Shown: positions 7,768-17,318 of the stretch, one piece after another
Layout of the letters: every line of letters starts with the position of its first letter
Numbering within the stretch: position 1 is the first letter of the stretch
From: Solirubrobacterales bacterium
Lineage (GTDB): Bacteria > Actinomycetota > Thermoleophilia > Solirubrobacterales > 70-9
Direction of reading: 5' to 3'
Length of the DNA stretch: 63,238 bases
Assembly: GCA_035707825.1 (NCBI GenBank)
Contig: DASSTR010000046.1
Coordinates: 1-63,238, forward strand
Program-made: the position numbers and the translations under genes
The notes under the pieces: model-generated
Databases searched by the model: none
What the model was told of the DNA's origin: nothing
What the model saw: the letters and a program-made list of their open reading frames with translations, nothing else

Positions 7768-8760
7768 CTAGATCCGCGCGGGACGGGCGAGTGAAAGGGC
7801 GTAGTCGCCCGCCTCGTCGGTGAACCAACCGCTCAGCTCCAGGCCCGCTTCGCCGTAGGCGTCCTCGAGGCGCTCGCGGGTGAACTTGGCCGAGATCTCC
7901 GTCCGCATCTCCTCGCCGTCGGCGAAGTCGACGATCAGGTCGAGCGCGGCCAGGCGCACCGTCTGCTCGGCCAGCGAGCGCAGGCCGATCTCCATCCGGG
8001 CTTCCTCGGCGTCGTAGCGGGCGACGTGCTCGAAGGCGGCGAGGTCGAAGTCGGACCCCAGCTCGCGGTTGAGGACGCGCAGCACGTTCTTGTTGAACTC
8101 GGCGGTTACTCCGCGGGAGTCGTTGTAGGCGGCCTCGAGGCGGTCATGGTCCTTGACCAGGTCGGTTCCCAGCAGAAGATGATCGTCGGGGCCGAGCATC
8201 CTGGCCACCCGGGTGAGGAAGTCGCGCCGGGCGTCGGGATAGAGGTTGCCGATCGTGCCGCCGAGGAAGGCCACGAGGCGCCCGCCGCCACCATTGGGGA
8301 TCAGCTCGAGATGACGCTCGAAGTCGCAGACCAGGCCGCGGATCGCCAGGCCCGGATACTCCTGGACCAGGGACTCCGCCGTCTCGTGCGTGATCTGCTC
8401 GGAGATATCGACGGGTACGTAGGTCCGCAGGCAGCCGGCGTCCCGCATCGCGCTGAGCAGGTGGCGGGTCTTCGACGCCGAGCCCGAGCCCAGCTCGACC
8501 AGGGTCGCCGGCTCCCCCGCGACGGCGACCATCTCCGGGGAGCGATGGGCGAGGATCGAGCGCTCCGCCCTGGTCGGGTAGTACTCGGGCAGCTCGGTGA
8601 TCTGCTCGAAGAGCTGCGAGCCGAGGTCGTCGTAGAAGTACTTCGGCGCCAGCTCCTTGGGCTCGCCGAGGAGGCCGAGGCGGACGTCGCGCGCCATCGC
8701 CTCCCCCCCGTCCGCGGCCAGATGAACGGAGATCTCGATCTCGGGCTCGGTGGTCGTCAT
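7768..8760 (-). CDS. egtD: L-histidine N-alpha-methyltransferase (ergothioneine biosynthesis, EgtD)
   Basis: Lower part of ORF-track frame 7768..9444. ATG at 8760 (MTTTEPEIE...). Motifs YFYDDLGSQLFEQITELPEYYPTRAE, LVELGSGSASKTRHLL and FLGGTIGN. Confidence 0.9.
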   Translation of the reverse strand: MTTTEPEIEISVHLAADGGEAMARDVRLGLLGEPKELAPKYFYDDLGSQLFEQITELPEYYPTRAERSILAHRSPEMVAVAGEPATLVELGSGSASKTRHLLSAMRDAGCLRTYVPVDISEQITHETAESLVQEYPGLAIRGLVCDFERHLELIPNGGGGRLVAFLGGTIGNLYPDARRDFLTRVARMLGPDDHLLLGTDLVKDHDRLEAAYNDSRGVTAEFNKNVLRVLNRELGSDFDLAAFEHVARYDAEEARMEIGLRSLAEQTVRLAALDLIVDFADGEEMRTEISAKFTRERLEDAYGEAGLELSGWFTDEAGDYALSLARPARI

Positions 8761-10004
8761 GCGTCCCTCACGCAGCGAAAGCCGGCAAAGATCTGGCGGC
8801 GCTGGGGCAGGTCCCAGTTGCGGAAGCTGGGACGGATCGCATGGCGGCGAGTGGCCCAGGCGCCGCCGCGCAGCACCTTGTACTCGTCGCCGAAGAAGAC
8901 CTCCGAGTACTCCCTGTAGGGGAAGGCCTGAAAGCCCGGATAGGCGAGGAAGTCGGATGCGGTCCACTCCCAGACGTCGCCCAGCATCTGCACGGCGCCG
9001 CAATCGGCGGCTCCGTCCGCGTAGGCCCCCGCCGGCGCGGTACCGAAGGCGAGCTGGTCCAGATTGGCTCTGTCGGCGTCGGTGCCGGCGCAGGCCGCCT
9101 CCCACTCCTGCTCGGTCGGCAGCCGCTTGCCGACCCAGCGGGCAAAGGCATCGGCCTCGTGCCAGGAGACGTGGATCACCGGTTGGGTGGGGTCGAGCGA
9201 CTCGCGGCGGCCCATCGCGGTGCGCAGCCATCCTCCCTCCCCATCCGCCTCCCAATACATCGGCGGCTCGGTGCCCGTGTCCTTCATGAACTCGACGTAC
9301 GCGCCGTTGGTGACCGGGGTTCGATCGATCTCGAAGGGGTCGAGCTCGACCTCGTGCCGGGAGCGCTCGTTGTCGTAGGCGAAGCCCTCGGGGGGTGCGC
9401 CGATCGCCGTGGGCCCGCCCTCGACATGGACCATCTCCGGCCACTCGCCGGCGTCGGCCCCGCGGGTCTCGCCGGCGTCGGCGGCGGGGGTCTCGGCGGC
9501 GTCGGCGGCGGGCGCGGGCTCGGTGCGCACCGGCTCGTAGCTCTCGACCATCTGCAGCAGCTGCAGCATCGTCTCGTTGTGCTGATGCTCGTGCGCCAGC
9601 AGCATCTCGTAGACGAAGCCTTCCCTGAGCAGGGGGTCCTCGGCGTCCGCGTCGATGTCGACCTGCTCGAGCACCTCGAGCGTGCGCTCGCGGACATCGG
9701 AGAGGTAGGAGCGCAGCTCGGCATCGCGGAGGATGGGCAGCTCGCCGCGCGTCTTGCGGGGGTTCTCGATCGCGTCGTAGAAGCGGCCGAGCTCGCCGTG
9801 CATCGGCTCGAGGCCGCCGATCGTCTGCACCAGCCAGAGCTCCTCGAAGTTGGCGATGTGGCCGAGGTCCCAGGCCAGCGGGCTGAGTATCGGCGAGTAA
9901 ACGCGGTTCAGCTGCTGGTCGTCGAGAGGCTCGATCAACTCCAGCGTGCGTTGCCGCGCCTCGGCGAGGCGGTCCGCGATCGCGTCCTTGGAGCTGGCCG
10001 TCAC
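8757..10004 (-). CDS. egtB: Hercynine sulfoxide synthase (EgtB; DinB-like plus FGE-sulfatase domains)
   Basis: ORF track. DinB-type metal motif LLAHEHQHNETM. C-terminal FGE-like segments GWLRTAMGRRE...VSWHEADAFARW...RGGAWATRRHAIRPSFRNW. There is a 4-nt ATGA overlap with egtD. Confidence 0.9.
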   Translation of the reverse strand: MTASSKDAIADRLAEARQRTLELIEPLDDQQLNRVYSPILSPLAWDLGHIANFEELWLVQTIGGLEPMHGELGRFYDAIENPRKTRGELPILRDAELRSYLSDVRERTLEVLEQVDIDADAEDPLLREGFVYEMLLAHEHQHNETMLQLLQMVESYEPVRTEPAPAADAAETPAADAGETRGADAGEWPEMVHVEGGPTAIGAPPEGFAYDNERSRHEVELDPFEIDRTPVTNGAYVEFMKDTGTEPPMYWEADGEGGWLRTAMGRRESLDPTQPVIHVSWHEADAFARWVGKRLPTEQEWEAACAGTDADRANLDQLAFGTAPAGAYADGAADCGAVQMLGDVWEWTASDFLAYPGFQAFPYREYSEVFFGDEYKVLRGGAWATRRHAIRPSFRNWDLPQRRQIFAGFRCVRDA

Positions 10005-10160
10005 CTCGGTGGCGATGACCTAAACCCTAGCGAGGCGTTCCTGTTTGGTGGAGGGCCCGTGAGCGATGGCGGGGCTTCGCCGGCGCGGGCATGGTGGTGC
10101 ACTGCGGCAGGCGATGGCGGCACCTGTGTCGATCGGGGGCGCCGGTAAGCTGCCGCCGCG

Positions 10161-10931
10161 ATGGAACTCGAGGGCGCGGGGGCGATAGTTGCGGGCGGGG
10201 CATCCGGCCTCGGCGAGGCGAGCGCGCGGGCGCTGGTCGCGGCGGGCGCCGCCAAGGTCGTGGTCGCCGATCTCAACGCGGAGAAGGGCGAGGCCCTGGC
10301 CGCGGAGCTGGGAGCAGCCGCGGAGTTCGCCGAGGCGGACGTCACCGATCCGGATGCGATCGGGGAGGCGGTCCAGCGGGCCGCGTCGGTCGACGGTGGT
10401 CTGCGGGTCTCGATTTGCTGCGCCGGGGTGGGCTGGGCCGAGCGCCTGGCGCACAAGAACGGCCCTCACAACCTGGAGCTGTTCACGAAGGTGATCACCG
10501 TCAACCTGATCGGCACCTTCAACGTGCTGCGCCTTTGCGCCGCGGCGATGAGCGAGAACGAAGCTGACGAGGAGGGCGAGCGCGGGGTCTGCGTCAACAC
10601 CGCCTCGATTGCCGCCTTCGACGGGCAGATCGGTCAGGTCGCCTACGCCGCCTCGAAGGGCGGAATAGCGGGGATGACCCTGCCCGCCGCGCGCGATATG
10701 GCCGGGCGCGGCGTCCGCGTCGTCACCATCGCTCCCGGGCTCTTCGACACGCCCCTTCTGGCCGCGCTTCCCGAGGAGGCCCGCCAGTCCCTCGGGGCCG
10801 GGATCCCCTTTCCCTCGCGCCTCGGCCGCCCTGAGGAGTACGCCCAGCTGGCTCTCCAGATCATCGCGAACCCGATGTTGAACGGGGAGACGATCCGCCT
10901 CGATGGCGCCCTGCGAATGCCTCCCAAGTAG
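10161..10931 (+). CDS. Short-chain dehydrogenase (3-hydroxyacyl-CoA dehydrogenase type-2-like)
   Basis: ORF track. Motifs [25 protein letters not shown] (YxxxK) and [11 protein letters not shown]. Confidence 0.85.
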   Translation: MELEGAGAIVAGGASGLGEASARALVAAGAAKVVVADLNAEKGEALAAELGAAAEFAEADVTDPDAIGEAVQRAASVDGGLRVSICCAGVGWAERLAHKNGPHNLELFTKVITVNLIGTFNVLRLCAAAMSENEADEEGERGVCVNTASIAAFDGQIGQVAYAASKGGIAGMTLPAARDMAGRGVRVVTIAPGLFDTPLLAALPEEARQSLGAGIPFPSRLGRPEEYAQLALQIIANPMLNGETIRLDGALRMPPK

Positions 10932-11046
10932 CGGCGGCGCCGGCTCGCCCGCATCACCACTGTCCGGGCCCACACCGCCCCAGCCTGCCTCCCACGGCCT
11001 GCGCCGCCCAGCCCGCCCGCACCACTGTCCGTGCCACAGCGCCCGC

Positions 11047-12048
11047 TCAGCGTGTGTCTTCCGCCTCCGGGTCGCGCCAGACATGCTTGCGCCAGGGCGG
11101 TGGGATCGCGAAGCTGGGCGGGGCGCCCGGTAGGCGCACCTGCCAGGTCGGGGCGCCCGGTATGCGCACCTGCCAGGTCGGGGCGCCCGGTAGGCCGGAG
11201 GCCGAGTTGGCGATCGGCTCGAGGGGCACCAGGTGTACTCCGCGGCCGGGGGTGGACCGCTTGCTGTTGGGAATGCCGGCGATGTTCCCGGCGTGGCTGC
11301 CGCCGGAGACGAGGAGGATGTGCGTCTCCGGTCCCCAGCCGTTGTGGGGGCGAGAGCCGATCGCCTCGGCAATGTCCTTGAGCGGGCCGATCCCGGCGTC
11401 CGAGCCCCAGTTGGCCGCTCCCTTGTCGTGGTTGTAGCCATTGTGGGAGGAGGCCCGGGCGTCGACCTCGCCCCCGGGGCGGATGCGCACCTGCGTGGAC
11501 TCCCAATCGTCTTCGTGGTAGCCCTTGGCGCCGACGACCGGGACACCGCGGAGGGTTGCTGAGTTGGCGTAATAAGTCCAATATTGGAGGTAGAGATTTC
11601 CGGCACGACCGCCGGAGCAATCCACCCCTGCGGCCTCCGATGCTTCTGCCGCCTCGGGACGGCAATCGATGACGTGGACGAAGGCCGTGACCGGCAGGCC
11701 GCGATCCGTGCGGCGCACGAGACCCTTCTCGGGGCCGTCGCCACAGGCGGTGGCTCGGCAGCGGCGAAAGTCGACCGGCAGGGCGCGGGAGCCGCGCTCG
11801 AAGACGAGCGCCGGCATGTGCCGGCGGACCAACCGACCGACTTCGGAGCCGTAGGTGGCGATAAGTGTCGGTTCGTCGCCGCAGTGCTCTGCCTGGGCGA
11901 CGGCGCAGATGACCTTCGCGGCGATTGCCCGCGCCAGTGAGGCGCCGGGAACCCGTACGCCCGCGGCGACCAGAGCCGCCAGCAGCAGCGAGACGACCAG
12001 CAGCAGCCCCACCCACTCGACCGTCGACTGCCCACGTTCCCGCTCCAC
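11047..12048 (-). CDS. Secreted/pilin-like hypothetical protein with a TadE-like N-terminal leader
   Basis: ORF track. The N-terminus ERGQSTVEWVGLLLVVSLLLAAL resembles the TadE/Flp class-III leader. The core YLQYWTYYANS...GYHEDDWESTQVRI resembles the Vps62/DUF946-type YW..YY...H.GDWE motif. The C-terminus has an in-frame 10-aa repeat, PGAPTWQVR(I/L). Confidence 0.6.
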   Translation of the reverse strand: MERERGQSTVEWVGLLLVVSLLLAALVAAGVRVPGASLARAIAAKVICAVAQAEHCGDEPTLIATYGSEVGRLVRRHMPALVFERGSRALPVDFRRCRATACGDGPEKGLVRRTDRGLPVTAFVHVIDCRPEAAEASEAAGVDCSGGRAGNLYLQYWTYYANSATLRGVPVVGAKGYHEDDWESTQVRIRPGGEVDARASSHNGYNHDKGAANWGSDAGIGPLKDIAEAIGSRPHNGWGPETHILLVSGGSHAGNIAGIPNSKRSTPGRGVHLVPLEPIANSASGLPGAPTWQVRIPGAPTWQVRLPGAPPSFAIPPPWRKHVWRDPEAEDTR

Positions 12049-12116
12049 GCCTCGAAGCTAGGAACCCCCGCGTCATGCGTGTGTGTCAATTGCGCCGAGT
12101 TGCCGCCGAAGCTGGG

Positions 12117-13046
12117 TCAAGAGCGACCGCGCCTGAGGAGGGTGCGGATCTGGCGGACAATCTGAACAGGTTCCTTTTCAAGTCGCAGCCAAGTGAGGTG
12201 AAGGACCCGATAACCGGCGATCTGCAGCGCCGCGTCCCACGCCCTGTCGCGCTCGAATGCCGCCCGATGGCCGTGGAATGCGAAGCCATCCAATTCGACG
12301 ATCAGCCGCTCGCGGGGCCAGAGGGCGTCAACCTCTCGATCCAGCACCGAGGAGTTGAAGACCGGTGCTGGCAATCCCCTTTCGCGGCAGAAAACCGCGA
12401 AGCGATCCTCGAGGGGAGAGCGGGTCCTCACCGGCTCCCGCGCAGCCGCGGCCAGCAGGCGGATTCTTGCCGCGCCCTTCCGATTCGTGGCACGCCCGCG
12501 GGCTTGCTCCACCGCTCGGAGCTCCAACAGGCCAAGGCGATCCGCCTCTTCCCAGATACGTTCTACGCGCTCTGCGTCCCAGATCCCCGCCAGGTCGAGG
12601 AGGGTTCTGGCAACAGAACAGACTGGAATCGCGTCGATCTCGTGCCTGTCTTCGGGATGGACGCGGCTTTCGCGCGCCATCAAGCCTGGTGAACGCCTCC
12701 AATTTCGCCCCACGATTTCGATCGGCCCGCGAGGTCGGGTCAGTCCCCATAGAGCGGCGGCACTGCCGTGGCTCAACATTGCCCCGTCTCCACAGGCCAG
12801 CGTCGCCGCCATCCAACGACCGCGCATGCTCAGCTTTTCGTGGCCGAGTGCGTAGACGCCGCGATGGAGAGGACGGAGCCATCCCTTGGCGAGCCGGTGC
12901 TCAACCATGCTTGTGCTGAATCCCAACTCCAGCAGTTGGCGCCGGGCCACGACACCGTGCTGAATCGTCGCCAGGTCGCCGGCACGACGATCGAGAGCAT
13001 CGCGTCCCGTCCCGTGCCCATCGCCACCTTCCTGACTTGACCACAT
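12117..13046 (-). CDS. DUF559-type endonuclease-domain protein with an AbiEi-like N-terminal wHTH
   Basis: ORF track. N-terminal segment IQHGVVARRQLLELGFSTSMVEHRLAKGWLRPLHRGVYALGH. C-terminal segment VDALWPRERLIVELDGFAFHGHRAAFERDRAWDAALQIAGYRVLHLTW (Vsr/PD-(D/E)XK-like DUF559). Confidence 0.75.
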   Translation of the reverse strand: MWSSQEGGDGHGTGRDALDRRAGDLATIQHGVVARRQLLELGFSTSMVEHRLAKGWLRPLHRGVYALGHEKLSMRGRWMAATLACGDGAMLSHGSAAALWGLTRPRGPIEIVGRNWRRSPGLMARESRVHPEDRHEIDAIPVCSVARTLLDLAGIWDAERVERIWEEADRLGLLELRAVEQARGRATNRKGAARIRLLAAAAREPVRTRSPLEDRFAVFCRERGLPAPVFNSSVLDREVDALWPRERLIVELDGFAFHGHRAAFERDRAWDAALQIAGYRVLHLTWLRLEKEPVQIVRQIRTLLRRGRS

Positions 13047-13065
13047 ACTGTGTGGTCAAGTCAGG
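13031..13065. promoter_or_regulatory. Perfect 15-bp inverted repeat CCTGACTTGACCACA-N5-TGTGGTCAAGTCAGG spanning the DUF559 start codon
   Basis: Arms are at 13031-13045 and 13051-13065. The predicted ATG (13046-13044) straddles the junction of the left arm and the loop. Confidence 0.55.
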
Positions 13066-13251
13066 GAAGTGACCTCGCGCTCCCCTGCAACCCACCAGAT
13101 TCATCGGTGACGCCTGGCCGCGCGAGCGGAAGCGGCCCTACGTGGGACGTGGGAGGCGCCTGGTCAGAGGAAAGGACCCTCCTCTAGGAACAGGCGAGAG
13201 GCGCCGCTAGAGCTGCTGGATCTCGGCGGGGCCGATGGGGCTGAGGCGCGG

Positions 13252-14688
<1,437 letters not shown>

Positions 14689-14689
14689 G

Positions 14690-15013
14690 TCATCCGCCTC
14701 CCTGTCCCGAACCGGCGTCCTTGGACTGCTTCGGCTTCGGCTTTTTGCTGAACATGCCGAGCATCCGGTCGGTGACCATGAAGCCGCCGACGATGTTGAT
14801 CGCGCCGAAGGCGATCGCGATCGTGCCGATCACGTACTCGACCCCGTCGTTGGCGAAGCCGACGACGATCAGGCCGCCGAGCATGACGATGCCGTGGATC
14901 GCGTTGGTCTGCGACATCAACGGCGTGTGCAGGGTCGTCGGAACCTTCGAGATCACCTCGAAACCGACAAACACGGCAAGCACGAAGATCGTGATCTCAG
15001 TCATCAAGCCCAT
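14690..15013 (-). CDS. pntAB: NAD(P) transhydrogenase subunit alpha, part 2 (membrane)
   Basis: ORF track. 107 aa with 3 TM helices. Motifs FEVISKVPTTLHTPLMSQTNAIHGIV and GGFMVTDRML. Confidence 0.9.
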   Translation of the reverse strand: MGLMTEITIFVLAVFVGFEVISKVPTTLHTPLMSQTNAIHGIVMLGGLIVVGFANDGVEYVIGTIAIAFGAINIVGGFMVTDRMLGMFSKKPKPKQSKDAGSGQGGG

Positions 15014-15080
15014 GGCTACTTGGCTGCCCTCTCGTTGCGGATCTCCATGGCTACTTGGCTGCCCTCTCGTTGCGGATCTC
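15011..15080. repeat. Perfect 35-bp tandem duplication covering the pntAA stop / pntAB start junction
   Basis: catggctacttggctgccctctcgttgcggatctc occurs at 15011-15045 and again at 15046-15080 with 100% identity. Confidence 0.95.
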
Positions 15081-16169
15081 GCCGCCGTGGGTGATACAGG
15101 CGGCGGCGACGATGTCGTCCTCGAAGTCGAGGCTCAGGTCCCCCTCCTCGGTGACGAGCAGGCCGAGCAGGTTCTCGAGGTTCTTGGCGTAGAGCTGCGA
15201 CGCCGGCGCCGGCATCTCGCTGGCGAGGTTGCGGGGACCGAGGACCCTGACGCCGTTCTCGACCACCGTCTGGCCGGCCTCGGTGAGCTCGCAGTTGCCG
15301 CCGGTCTCGGCGGCGAGGTCGACGATCACCGAGCCCGGCTGCATGCCGCGCACCGCGTCGGCGGTGATCAGCAGCGGCGCCGGCCGGCCCGGAATCGCGG
15401 CGGTGGTGACGATCAGGTCCTGCTTGGCGGCGTTCTCGCCGAGGGCGTCGCGCACCTGGGCATTCTCCTCGTCGGTGAGGGGACGGGCGTAGCCGCCCTC
15501 TCCCTCGGCGTCGGGAATGAAGTCCAGTTCGAGCGGGCGGCCGCCGAGCGAGGCGATCTGCTCCCAGGCGGCGCGGCGGATGTCGAAGCCGGTGACGATG
15601 GCGCCGAGCCGCTTTGCCGTGGCGACCGCCTGCAGGCCGGCGACGCCGGCGCCGAGGACGAGGACCTTCGCCGGCGGGACGGTGCCGGCAGCGGTGGTCA
15701 TCATCCCGAAGAAGCGGCCCGACTCGCGGGCGCCGATCAGAGTGGCGGCGTAGCCGGCGGCGGCGGCCTGGGAGGAGAGCGCATCCATCGCCTGCGCGCG
15801 CGTCGTGCGCGGGATCGCCTCCATCGCGAAGCTGGTGACGCCGGCCTGCGCCAGCGCGTTATTGGTCTCGGCCGCGGTCCAGGGCGCCAGATGGCCGATC
15901 AGGACCTGATTGGAGTTGAGGCGGCCGATCTCTGCGGCGGAAGGGGCGGCGACGCGAAGCACGACGTCGGCGCCCCACGTAACTTCGCCCTCAACGACCT
16001 CCGCCCCGGCCTCCTCGTACTGAGAGTCGGGATGACCCGCGTCCTCGCCGGCGCCGGACTCGACCTGGACGGTGAGCTTCTCGTTGCGCTTCAGCGATTT
16101 GACCACGTCGGGGACGAGCGCAACGCGGCGCTCTCCATCGGCGGTCTCTTTGGGAACTCCAATCCTCAT
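15051..16169 (-). CDS. pntAA: NAD(P) transhydrogenase subunit alpha, part 1 (alanine-dehydrogenase-like dI)
   Basis: ORF track. Starts MRIGVPKETADGERRVALVP. Rossmann motif VLVLGAGVAGLQA. Ends ...HGGEIRNERAAK. Confidence 0.93.
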   Translation of the reverse strand: MRIGVPKETADGERRVALVPDVVKSLKRNEKLTVQVESGAGEDAGHPDSQYEEAGAEVVEGEVTWGADVVLRVAAPSAAEIGRLNSNQVLIGHLAPWTAAETNNALAQAGVTSFAMEAIPRTTRAQAMDALSSQAAAAGYAATLIGARESGRFFGMMTTAAGTVPPAKVLVLGAGVAGLQAVATAKRLGAIVTGFDIRRAAWEQIASLGGRPLELDFIPDAEGEGGYARPLTDEENAQVRDALGENAAKQDLIVTTAAIPGRPAPLLITADAVRGMQPGSVIVDLAAETGGNCELTEAGQTVVENGVRVLGPRNLASEMPAPASQLYAKNLENLLGLLVTEEGDLSLDFEDDIVAAACITHGGEIRNERAAK

Positions 16170-16202
16170 AGCCGGATGCGGCGCGAGAGACTAGCGATTG
16201 GC

Positions 16203-17273
16203 CTATGCGGGTGCGCCGACGCCCGCCAGCGAGGCGAGCCGCTCAAGTGTGTGCAGTTGCTCGGTCCGCTCGACGTGCACGGGCGAAACGATGAGGCGAT
16301 CGATGCCGGCGCCGCGAAAACGCTCGAGCCGATCGGCCACTTCGGCCTCGGTGCCGACCAGCGAAGTGGCCTCGACGATCTCGTCGGGAACCGCCTCGAA
16401 TGCGCCGGCGCGGTCGCCGTCCTGGAAGCGGCGCTGCACCTCGTCGGCGACATCGCCGAAGCCGAAGCGATGGGCGAGGTCGACGTAGAAGTTGGTCTTG
16501 CGGCTGCCCATGCCGCCGAAGTAGAGGACGAGCCCCGCCTTGACGACGCTCTTCGCCGCCTCGAGGTCGCCGTCGATCGCCACCTGCAGCGACGGCGAGA
16601 CCTCGAGGTCGGAGCGCTGCCGGCCGCCCTTGGCGAAGCCGGCCTCGAGGTGCTCCCCCCAGGTCTGCTCGAAGGCGTCGACGCTGAAGAAGATCGGGAT
16701 CCAACCGTCGCAGATCTCAGCCGCCATCTCCACCGATTTGCGGCCGATCGCGCCGACGAAGATGGGGATCCGGTTGCGCTCCGGGTGGAAGTTGAGCTTC
16801 AACGGCTTGCCCTCCCCGCCGGGCAGGGGCAGCTGGTAGTGCTCCCCCTGGTGGTCGACCGGGCCTTCGCGGGCGACGATCTCGCGCACCACTTCGATGT
16901 ACTCGCGGGTACGCCCCCAGGGCTTGGCATAGGGCACGCCGTACCAGCCTTCGGAGACCTGCGGCCCGGAGGGCCCGAAGCCGAAGAGGAAGCGCCCGCC
17001 GGAGAGTTTGTCGATCGTCGCCCCCGCCATCGCCGCGGCGGCCGGCGGCCGTGCCGGCACCTGCATGATCGCGGCGCCGAGGTTGATCGTCTGCGTCTGC
17101 GGCGCCAGCCAGGCGAGCACGCTGATCACGTCTGAGCCGTAGGACTCGGCCACCCAGACGGACTCGAACCCAGCCCCCTCCGCGGCGCGTACGACCTCGA
17201 GCGCATCGTCCCCGGCCGGGCCGATTCCCCAGTAGCCGAGGCTGAGACCAAGCTTCAACTCGTTGCCTTCCAT
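16203..17273 (-). CDS. Luciferase-like (LLM class) F420-dependent oxidoreductase
   Basis: ORF track. GLSLGYWG...AEGAGFESVWVAESYGSD...RFLFGFGPSGPQVSEGWYG follows the LLM pattern. Confidence 0.85.
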   Translation of the reverse strand: MEGNELKLGLSLGYWGIGPAGDDALEVVRAAEGAGFESVWVAESYGSDVISVLAWLAPQTQTINLGAAIMQVPARPPAAAAMAGATIDKLSGGRFLFGFGPSGPQVSEGWYGVPYAKPWGRTREYIEVVREIVAREGPVDHQGEHYQLPLPGGEGKPLKLNFHPERNRIPIFVGAIGRKSVEMAAEICDGWIPIFFSVDAFEQTWGEHLEAGFAKGGRQRSDLEVSPSLQVAIDGDLEAAKSVVKAGLVLYFGGMGSRKTNFYVDLAHRFGFGDVADEVQRRFQDGDRAGAFEAVPDEIVEATSLVGTEAEVADRLERFRGAGIDRLIVSPVHVERTEQLHTLERLASLAGVGAPA

Positions 17274-17318
17274 CCGGGAAACCTATCGCTGCCGCCCGGC
17301 CCGGTAAACAATGGGGCC

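Noticed and set aside
7768-9444. The ORF-track frame 7768..9444 read as a single 558-aa protein.
   Set aside because: Only the part from the ATG at 8760 downstream looks like EgtD. The upstream 228 codons are an out-of-frame shadow of egtB (8757..10004), which has its own coherent DinB/FGE-sulfatase sequence.
14721-17135. Very long ORFs on the opposite strand or in alternative frames of well-supported genes. Examples are 14721..17135 (804 aa), 10020..12089 (689 aa), 42127..43926 (599 aa), 18407..20260, 51185..53275, 54274..55968 and the first half of 5183..7240.
   Set aside because: Their translations are Arg/Gly/Pro/Ala-rich low-complexity strings with no motifs. They overlap genes with clear family signatures. 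Long stop-free antisense frames are expected at about 70% GC.
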